A DNA stretch of 64,000 nt from the human T2T-CHM13v2.0 reference genome, Homo sapiens: assembly GCA_009914755.4 (NCBI GenBank), contig CP086569.2:1664001-1728000 (forward strand), read 5' to 3'. This document shows positions 50,480 to 64,000 of this stretch, one piece after another. The position numbers and the translations under genes are program-made. The stretch's first letter is position 1. Each line of letters begins with the position of its first letter. The notes below the pieces were generated by a model, which saw nothing but the letters and a program-made list of their open reading frames with translations, made no database searches and had not been told where the DNA came from.

Positions 50480-51370
50480 GCTACTGTGTGTCAGCCTTTT
50501 CAGTTTGCTGTAACAAAATATCACATTGCTTATAAACAACAGCCATTTATTGCTCATAGTTCTGCAGGCTGAATATCCAAGATCAAGGCTTGGCAGCTTC
50601 AGAGCCTGGGGAGAACCCACTTCCTGGTTCATAGACGGCACCTTCCCACAGTGTCCTCACATGGTGGAAGACACGAGGGAGCTCTGTGGGGTCTCGCTTC
50701 CTGGTTCATAGACGGCACCTTCCCACAGTGTCCTCACATGGTGGAAGAGACGAGGGAGCTCTGTGGGGTCTCGCTTCCTGGTTCATAGACGGCACCTTCC
50801 CACTGTGTCCTCACATAGTGGAAGAGACGAGGGAGCTCTGTGGGGTCTCGCTTCCTGGTTCATAGACGGCACCTTCCCACAGTGTCCTCACATGGTGGAA
50901 GAGACGAGGGAGCTCTGTGGGGTCTCGCTTCCTGGTTCATAGACGGCACCTTCCCACTGTGTCCTCACATAGTGGAAGAGACGAGGGAGCTCTGTGGGGT
51001 CTCGCTTCCTGGTTCATAGACGGCACCTTCCCACAGTGTCCTCACATGGTGGAAGAGACGAGGGAGCTCTGTGGGGTCTCGCTTCCTGGTTCATAGACGG
51101 CACCTTCCCACTGTGTCCTCACATGGTGGAAGAGACGAGGGAGCTCTGTGGGGTCTCGCTTCCTGGTTCATAGACGGCACCTTCCCACTGTGTCCTCACA
51201 TGGTGGAAGAGACGAGGGAGCTCTGTGGGGTCTCTTTTATAAGGACGCTGATAATCGTGTGCGGATCTGTTGCCTCCAAATCTCACGCTGAAATCTGATT
51301 CCCAATGTTGGAGGTAGGGCTGGCTGGAGGCATGTGGGTCACGGAAGTGGATTCCTCATACACGGCTTGG
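50480..51370 (+). mobile_element. Interspersed repeat (same family as 16240-16790 and 54250-55700) containing an internal 77-bp x 8 tandem expansion
   Basis: 5' part ...gctgtaacaaaatatcacattgcttataaacaacagccatttattgctcatagttctgcaggctgaatatccaagatcaaggcttggcagc.... 3' part tcttttataaggacgctgataatcgtgtgcggatctgttgcctccaaatctcacgctgaaatctgattcccaatgttggaggtagggc.... Confidence 0.7.
50621..51236 (+). repeat. 77-bp tandem repeat x 8 with 154-bp higher-order periodicity
   Basis: ttcctggttcatagacggcaccttcccacagtgtcctcacatggtggaagagacgagggagctctgtggggtctcgc starts at 50621, 50698, 50775, 50852, 50929, 51006, 51083 and 51160. Copies alternate between cacagtg...catggtgg and cactgtg...catagtgg. Confidence 0.92.
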
Positions 51371-51434
51371 AGCCCTCCCCATGGTAATGGATGATTTCTT
51401 TTTTTTTTTTCCGGAGTTTTTTTTTATTTTTTTA

Positions 51435-51850
51435 TGTTTTATTATACTTTAAGTTTTAGGGTACATGTGCACAACGTGCAGGTTACTTACATACGTGTAC
51501 ATGTGCCATGTTGGTGTGCTGCACCCATTAACTCATCATTTACATTAGGTATATCTCCTAATGCTATCCCTCCCCCTTCCCGCCACCCCACAACAGGCCC
51601 TGGTGTGTGATGTTCCCCTTCCTGTGTCCATGTGTTCTCACTGTTCAATTCCCACCTATGAGTGAGAACATGCGGTGTTTGGTTTTTTGTCCTTGCGATA
51701 GTTTGCTGAGAATGATGGTTTCCAGCTTCATCCATGTCCCTACAAAGGACATGAACTCATACTTTTTTATGGCTGCATAGGATTCCATCGTGTATATGTG
51801 CCACATTTTCTTAATCCAGTCTATCATTGTTGGACATTTGGCTACTTGAG
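51435..51850 (-). mobile_element. LINE-1 3' end (antisense)
   Basis: tatactttaagttttagggtacatgtgcacaacgtgcaggttacttacatacgtgtacatgtgccatgttggtgtgctgcacccattaactcatcatttacattaggtatatctcctaatgctatccctccc...ctcccacctatgagtgagaacatgcggtgtttggttttttgtccttgcgatagtttgctgagaatgatggtttccagcttcatccatgtccctacaaaggacatgaactcatac. The ORF-track protein 51645..52037 (-) has ORF2p C-terminal motifs. Confidence 0.92.
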
Positions 51851-51879
51851 ATCGGGTTGCTAAAACGAGCCTGACACCT

Positions 51880-52567
<688 letters not shown>

Positions 52568-52767
52568 TAACCAAGAAATACCCTGACCTTTGTTTGTCTT
52601 CCAGAAAATACCTTATTCCAAAGAGTTCCCTTCCTCATAGGCCTTACATATAAGGCTTGTGGATGTCTCTTTTTCTACTTAAGACAAAGCCAGATCCAAA
52701 ACCTCCGAATTTCCCACCTTTGTCTAGTAAATGATGAGCTGAATTTCTTGTCCCATTGCCAGTCTAG

Positions 52768-53345
<578 letters not shown>

Positions 53346-53686
53346 AACTAACTATATCTACAACCTGAATTGATCAAACTTTTCTTCCGATTCTCACTCC
53401 CTCCCCCCAGATCCATACACTTTGGCCCAGCCTCAGCCCGAGCCGACACACACAGCTTCTCCTTACTAGAGAACTGGCCAAACACTGGGAAAGACTTGTG
53501 TATTGTGTGCAAAGTGTATGAAGTTAGGAAGACCCACATGGCTCTCCCTGGACCCTGAGAGCTTACAAGGATCAATATGTGAATATTAATTAAGTCTGGA
53601 GCTCAAAGCCTTTGCAGCCAGGAGTGCAGTTGGTGTCTTCAATTTAGCCAAAAGCCGTGCTCTCAGGAGGCACTAAGAAACTGTGG

Positions 53687-53984
53687 GCCAGGCGCAGTGG
53701 CTTATGCCTGTAATCCCAGCACTTTGAGAGGCCGAGGCGGGCGGATCACAAGGTCAGGAGATCGAGACCATCCTGGCTAACACGGTGAAACCCCATCTCT
53801 ACTAAAAATACAAAAAAAAATTAGCTGGGCGTGGTGGCGGGCACCTATAGTCCCAGCTACTCCGGAGGCTGAGACAGGAGAATGGCGTGAAACAGGGAGA
53901 CGGAGCTTGCAGTGAGCCTAGATCGCTCCACTGCACTCCAGCCTGGGCGACAGAGCAAGACTCCGTCAAAAAAAAAAAAAAAAA
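53687..53984 (+). mobile_element. Alu
   Basis: ggccaggcgcagtggcttatgcctgtaatcccagcactttgagaggccgaggcgggcggatcacaaggtcaggagatcgagaccatcctggctaacacggtgaaacccc...gacagagcaagactccgtcaaaaaaaaaaaaaaaa. Confidence 0.92.
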
Positions 53985-54150
53985 TAGCTGGACATGGTGG
54001 CAGTCACCTGTAATCCCAGCTACTCGGGAGGCTGAAGCAGAGAGTCGTTTGAACCTCGGAGGCGGAGGCGGCAGCGAGCTGAGATCGCACCACTGCACTC
54101 GAGGCTGGGCAACAGAGTGAGACTCCGTCTCAAAAAAATAAATAATAAAT
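53985..54150 (+). mobile_element. Alu right-arm fragment
   Basis: atagctggacatggtggcagtcacctgtaatcccagctactcgggaggctgaagcagagagtcgtttgaacctcggaggcggaggcggcagcgagctgagatcgcaccactgcactcgaggctgggcaacagagtgagactccgtctcaaaaaaataaataataaataaaac. Confidence 0.85.
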
Positions 54151-54249
54151 AAAACCTGTGGAGTGGATGATTGAACAGACAGGTGTCTGTAGCCAATAAA
54201 AGTGTGCATTTGCATGAGACCCATGGATGATACAATACTTTTTCTCCTA

Positions 54250-55700
<1,451 letters not shown>

Positions 55701-56631
55701 ACTCGCTTCAAAGGGTGTCAAGCTCATTGCTGACTTGAGTCCTCATTCACCTCTGCCTCGAGTCTCCCTTGCTTCCATTTGATCGCCTACAAGTTTCTGT
55801 CATTGGACTGCAGATGTGAAAGCATCCCCTTGGCATTTTGTCAGCGCCTCATCCTTACAGCAGAGACGCTGGCAGCTTGTCCCGTCTGCTGCCCGAAATC
55901 CTCTTTGCAGAACAGACAGGGTGCAAGATGGAGCATCCTGCTTCTTAAGCGATGGGTGTGTCTCTGTTTCTGAAGAGACTGCACAAATGCTGTCTTTCTA
56001 CCATTCCTGTTTGCTTCCTTTGGCCCTCTGCCTCCAGCCTCTTTCCGTGGGGCTGGATTTTCTCCCTGGATGAGCGTGCGAGAGAGTTGTGAGGTTGTGT
56101 CTGCCCTAAAAACCCTGCCCTTGTACTTGGCTCCTGACCTTGATGTCAGTAGAGATGCGCTTGCTGAGTCCTCCTGGGCAGCCTGCTCATCTGCCACAAG
56201 ATGACAGCTCATCTCCAGGCAGCGTCATCCCCACGGCAACCCCTCAGCTTCCTCCCGTTCTCTGCTCCATCCTTCCCCTTGGACTCAGTGTGGAATCATT
56301 TCTACATCAGCGAAGCCCAGCTGCGGCCCCCAGGAGCTGTTCCTCCCTGCCTGGTCTGTCAAGTGTCTTTTTGACCCTTGCTGATTTGGGGGAAGAGAAT
56401 TGGCTCACGGTCGGATTCTGCTGCTAACAGTAAACCTCCAGAGAGGATGCTCAGATCCAGCGGCGGGCGCTTTCCTGCTGCATTTTTTCAAAAATGGTTA
56501 CTGATTGGAACTGGCGTCCACCAGCCGGGCACAGTGAGGCCAAACATCCACACCGAGGTCTTGCAGTGGGAGTAAACAGGATGTTTACTTGCAGGGCGCC
56601 AAGCAAGGAGAATCGAGCAGTTCATGCTTAA

Positions 56632-56953
<322 letters not shown>

Positions 56954-56992
56954 CTGCTTTTAATTTTTAAAAAAGTATTCATTTCTTTTTAG

Positions 56993-57270
<278 letters not shown>

Positions 57271-57427
57271 GACCCCAAGCAGGGATACATTTCAGGAAAG
57301 CAGAAGGTACAGGTAAAATCATAAAACAGTACAAGAAGGTTATACGTTGGTTTTGGCCTAAAAGGGTGGGATATTTGGAAGCGGGGCCCCACAGGTCATA
57401 GGTGGATTCAGAGACTTTCTGATTTGA

Positions 57428-57522
57428 GGCTGGGCATGGTGGCTCACACCTGTAATCCCAGCATGTTGGGAGGCCGAGGCAAGCAGATCACTTGAGGTCA
57501 GGAGTTCGAGAGCAGCCTGGCC
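57428..57522 (+). mobile_element. Alu left-arm fragment (3'-truncated at the purine repeat)
   Basis: ggctgggcatggtggctcacacctgtaatcccagcatgttgggaggccgaggcaagcagatcacttgaggtcaggagttcgagagcagcctggccacatgg. Confidence 0.85.
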
Positions 57523-57960
57523 ACATGGGAGGGAGGGAGGGAGGGAGGGGAGAGAGAGAGAGAGAAAGGAAGGAAGGAAGGAAGGAAGGAAGGAAGGAAG
57601 GAAGGAAGGAAGGAAGGAGGGAGGGAGGGAGGGAGGGGAAAGAGAGAGAGAAAGAACAAATGAACGAAAGAAAGAAAGAAAAGGAAGGAAGGAAGGGAAA
57701 ATCTGCTGTGGGAGAAAGAAAGAAAGAAGAAAGAAAGAGAAAGAAAGGAAAAGGAAAGAAAGAAAATCTGCTGAAGGAGAAAGAGAGAAAAAGAAAGAAA
57801 GAGAAAGAAAGATCTGCTGAAGGAGAAAGAGAGAAAAAGAAAGAAAGAAAAAGGAAGAAAGATCTGCTGAAGGAGAAAGAAAGAGAGAAAAAGAAAGAAA
57901 GAAGAAAAAGAGAGAAAGAAAGAAGAAAGAAAGAGAAAGAAGAAAGTAAAAGAAAGAAAG

Positions 57961-58015
<55 letters not shown>

Positions 58016-58070
58016 AAAGAAAGAAAGAAAAAGAAAGGAAAGAAAGAAAAAAAGGAAAGAAGGAGAAATC
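57522..58070. repeat. Long polypurine (GGGA)n/(GGAA)n/(GAAA)n composite (~550 bp) with embedded ~55-75-bp sub-repeat
   Basis: gagggagggagggagggg..., ggaaggaaggaagg..., gaaagaaagaaagaaag.... The unit atctgctg.aggagaaaga.agagaaaaagaaagaaagaa recurs at ~57703, 57768, 57821, 57868 and 58068. Source of the K/E/R-rich ORF 57492..58076. Confidence 0.93.
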
Positions 58071-58764
58071 TGCTGAGGGATAGGACATAATTACCTGGTG
58101 TTTTCCCAGACAGGGCACTTCCTCATTTCACACAATTGGGGGTCTATTCCCTTTTATCCTTCCCATTTTACGTGTCGTCCTTTTCTCTTGGCTCCCATGA
58201 GATACGCCTCTGGGTTTCAGAACGACTCTGCCCGTGGATGATATGGGAACTCTTATCAGCATTGTCAAACCTCCTGGGTGGAGGGGAGTAGGAGAAACTC
58301 CCATTTCTCTTTGTCCTCTGGGGAACTCACTCCATTTCTCTCCCAGAGACGATGTATCTGATATTAGATTGGCTATTTGGACATTGCTAGTGCAAAATGT
58401 TGACACTTCATTTTTCTCCTAAGTCATTACATCCACAGAGCAGGTCGTGTGTTTGTGTCTTGGAACGCAAGTTCTTAGGGACTTTCAGATTTGTTTTGTC
58501 ACTGAATTCTCTCCGGACGCCGGGCACTAGGCAGGCCCCATGAACATCCTGTTTTAGCAAACGTCTGAAACTCCAGGACTCATAAGTGGATGAATAAAGC
58601 AGTTGAGTTTTACATCTGTGTCTTCTGACGTCTTTCATGAAGTGTTTCCTCAGCCTGACTGTACATCAAATTCACTCCAGATGTACCATAAAAATGCATA
58701 TTCCTGGTTTCTATCTCCGACGACTATAACTCGGTTAGACACCAGGTCTATCGTATGTTTTTTT

Positions 58765-59260
58765 TTGTTGTTTGTTCGTTTACTTTAAGTTCTGGGGTAC
58801 CTGTGCAGAATGTGCAGGTGTGTTACACAGGTATACATGTGCCATGGTGGTTTGCTGCACCCATCAACCCATCATCTAGGCTTTAAGCCCCGCAGGCATT
58901 ACGTATTTGTCCTAATGCTCTCCCTGTCCTTGTCCCCCAGCCCCCAACAGGCCCAGGTGTGTGATGTTCCCCTCTCTGTGTCCATGTGTTCTCATTGTTC
59001 AACTCCCACTTATGAGTGAGAACATGCGATGTTTGGTTTTCTGTTCCTGTGTGAGTTTGCTGAGAATGATGGTTTCCAGCTTCATCCGTGTGCCTGCAAA
59101 GAACATGAACTCCTCCTTTTTTATGGCTGTATAGTATTCCTTGGTGTCTATGTGCCACATTTTCTTCATCCAGTCTATCATTGATGGACATTTGGGTTGG
59201 TTCCAAGTCTTTGCTACCATGCATAGTGCCTCAAGAAACATACATGTGCCTGTGTCTTTA
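58765..59260 (-). mobile_element. LINE-1 3' end (antisense); ORF2 C-terminal remnant ORF 58999..59316
   Basis: tactttaagttctggggtacctgtgcagaatgtgcaggtgtgttacacaggtatacatgtgccatggtggtttgctgcacccatcaacccatcatctaggc...ctcccacttatgagtgagaacatgcgatgtttggttttctgttcctgtgtgagtttgctgagaatgatggtttccagcttcatccgtgtgcctgcaaagaacatgaactcc...ttgctaccatgcatagtgcctcaagaaacatacatgtgcctgtgtctttatagtagaatgatttat. The ORF-track protein reads ...[71 protein letters not shown]. Confidence 0.92.
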
Positions 59261-59289
59261 TAGTAGAATGATTTATTAATTGTTAATTG

Positions 59290-59750
<461 letters not shown>

Positions 59751-59890
59751 TGATGATTCTAACACTTACCCCACAGACAGGCATTCAGGGGAAACAGCAC
59801 TCAAATTCTGCACAGAGATTCTTTGTAATTTTGCTATTATCTAACCTGGTTAATGAGCGTCTCTCAGCCAGGCTCATATTCTTCAACTAA

Positions 59891-60424
<534 letters not shown>

Positions 60425-60979
60425 TAGGAGGCAGTGAAGGACAAATATCCACATCACAATCCCCATTTGGACTGAACTGTCACCTGCATTTCTGCAGAAC
60501 CACATTTAATCCTATTCCACCTCCTGGAGATAAACAAGGTGTACCTCTTCCCTCTTCCCAGTAAAGTCAGCTAGGGAACGAGAGTCAGCGGCTGAGACTC
60601 CAGCGGCCATCTCCTTTGAGTCCTGGCTAAACTGTGCATGGTGTGGTACAGGAGAGAACGTGAAGGCCAAACTGGCCTCTCAACCCACCCTGCCCCATAT
60701 TTTTTGCAAGCGCAAGCTCTGCCATCCCCTCGTGGACTCAGCGGTGAAGTCCTTGATGAAACGATGTGGTTTCTCCATTGCTTGGACAATCCTCCAAGCA
60801 AGGAGGAAAATTCAAGCTACCTGTCATCTGGATATTAAAATATACTTTGTAATTACTGGAATCATATGTGTTCAGACATCTCAATTGCAGGGAAAAATTA
60901 AGACGTCGTGGCCCAGTTACTTTGCAATTTCTGTGGAAATTTTCTGGAAATACATTCATTTTTTAAAAATGAATGCATA

Positions 60980-61353
<374 letters not shown>

Positions 61354-61649
61354 TCACCAAACATGTTATTGGGTTCCCTTGTTTGCAAGCAAGAAAGGAA
61401 AACCCTGGTCTTTTTTTTTTTTTTTTCAATCCTGCCATTTTTACTTTTATTAGTATCAAGCTGGAGCATCCAAGATGCTATTTACCTCGGCAGCCCGCTG
61501 GGTTTTTCCATTGCAACTGTGGGTTTTCTATTTGCAAAACAGCCACGGAGGCTTAGTACATATTTTCCGTATTTTGCCCTTGTAGCAAAGGCAAACATAC
61601 GGGAATAGAAACATACTGAGGCAGAAATTTAAAATAATCATAATAAGGA

Positions 61650-62048
<399 letters not shown>

Positions 62049-62527
62049 CTAGCAGCTCGCTTCAAGGACAGTTAGAAGACAATGCTGTCCGAATAGCCAA
62101 GGCCAAAGGAATGGGCTCCAGACACCCCACCTCCCTCCCAGAGCAAGGTTGAAGGAAAAAAGAGAAAGACAGACGCTTTCACTGTTACTCTTTTCCCAGC
62201 CTTCTTAAGCATAATTAGCATGATCATGCTTTATGAATGTCTGTATTTAGCCAGTTCTTGTTTTTCTTTCAATGCAGTTACAAGGCCACCAGCTACGCAG
62301 TCACAACTTATGTGATGCTATAGATGACGTGACCTGCCACTGTAGGAGTAACTGCTTTTATTTTGCTTCTGTAAAGCCGCTTATGAAAACCCCGCTCTGT
62401 CTTTGTTCAGGGCTCAGCTTTTGGATGTGAGTCCTGTGAGCAGGTGCGTACCTAAAATAAACAAATCCTGCTATACTCTGTATTGGTCTCTCCGTTCCTC
62501 AGTTTACCACAACAATATGAAAATATG

Positions 62528-62860
<333 letters not shown>

Positions 62861-63180
62861 GATCCTGTTAACGTCAGGCAAAGTACACTTCAGAAGAATA
62901 ACAATTACCACTGGTAAAATGGGACATTATCTAATGACAAAGGGGGCAATTCACCAAGAAGACAAAATGATTTTGATGATGTATTCAACGCAAAACAAAT
63001 CCTCGAAATACATAAAGCGAAAGAAGATACAGAATTGAGAGGAGAAATAGGTGAATGCATAATTCATTTCTTTTTAGAGATACGGTCTCTCTCTGTCGCC
63101 TGAGAGTTGGGAACACGAACATTCCTCTTTCAATAATTGATACATCAAGTAGAGACTTTTTAATAACACAATCAATCATT

Positions 63181-63500
63181 AGGCCGAGCACGGTGGCTCA
63201 TGCCTGGAATCCCAGCACTCTGGAAGGTCGAGGCAAGTGGATGGCTTGAGTCCAGGAGTTTGAGACCAGCCTGAGCAATATGGCAAAACTCTATCTCTAC
63301 AAAAAATACAAGAATTAGGTGGCTATGGCGGTGCACACCTATAGTTCCAGCTACTCGGGAGGCTGAGGTGGGAGGATCCTTGAGCCTGGGAAGTGGAGGT
63401 TGCAGTGAGCCGAGATCACAGCACTGCACTCCAGCCTGGGCGACAGAGCAAGGCCCTGTCTGAAAATAATAATTGTAGTAGTAATAATAGTACTATCACC
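63181..63500 (+). mobile_element. Older Alu (AluJ-like) with (TAA/TAG)n tail
   Basis: ggccgagcacggtggctcatgcctggaatcccagcactctggaaggtcgaggcaagtggatggcttgagtccaggagtttgagaccagcctgagcaatatggcaaaactctatctctacaaaaaatacaagaattaggtggctatggcggtgcacacctatagttccagctactcgggaggctgaggtgggaggatccttgagcctgggaagtggaggttgcagtgagccgagatcacagcactgcactccagcctgggcgacagagcaaggccctgtctgaaaataataattgtagtagtaataatag. Confidence 0.88.
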
Positions 63501-63830
<330 letters not shown>

Positions 63831-64000
63831 CATTTCTAGAACATTCCACCAAGCGACAGCAGAAAATGCACGAAGTTTAAGTACCCAGCGAATGCCACAG
63901 AGATACAACATATTCTAAGCTGTAAAACAAACCTTAACGAATTTAAAACAATTAAAATAATACTTGCTACAGTCCTATAAATAATGAAACCATTAATCAA

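Overview
This window is human (primate) nuclear genomic DNA, not a prokaryotic locus. It contains about 60 Alu SINE copies in both orientations (AluS/AluY-like and older AluJ-like), many with A-rich tails and target-site duplications. It also holds several LINE-1 3'-end/ORF2 remnants and ERVL-MaLR-type LTR fragments (THE1/MST-like, plus a second common interspersed family whose name I cannot assign with certainty). Simple repeats are abundant: (GAAA/GGAA)n, (TA)n, (AAT)n, (AAAAT)n and (CATT)n. I find no convincing protein-coding gene, rRNA, tRNA or CRISPR array. Nearly every long ORF in the six-frame track is an artefact of Alu sequence, low-complexity purine tracts or tandem repeats whose unit length is a multiple of 3.

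The main observation is an unusual concentration of independent tandem amplifications:
- a ~3.9-kb minisatellite of ~90 copies of a 39-48-bp unit (about 11385-15312), open in one reading frame on each strand for ~850 codons;
- a ~3.6-kb minisatellite of ~62 copies of a 57-bp unit (about 18708-22325), which appears to derive from the 3' terminus of an interspersed repeat;
- two arrays of tandemly repeated Alu left monomers with dimeric higher-order structure (908-1840 and 27185-27875);
- a fourfold tandem array of a ~323-bp Alu-plus-flank unit (7347-8642);
- a ~3.5x tandem repeat of an [Alu + LTR] composite unit (22480-25080);
- a 148-bp unit repeated ~6x at the end of a THE1-like LTR (31935-32775);
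- a 77-bp unit repeated 8x with a 154-bp higher-order repeat (50621-51235);
- a tandem triplication of a ~480-bp interspersed repeat (54250-55700).

This architecture is typical of subtelomeric or other duplication-prone human regions. I could not assign the locus from memory. All coordinates are approximate to about +/-10 bp.
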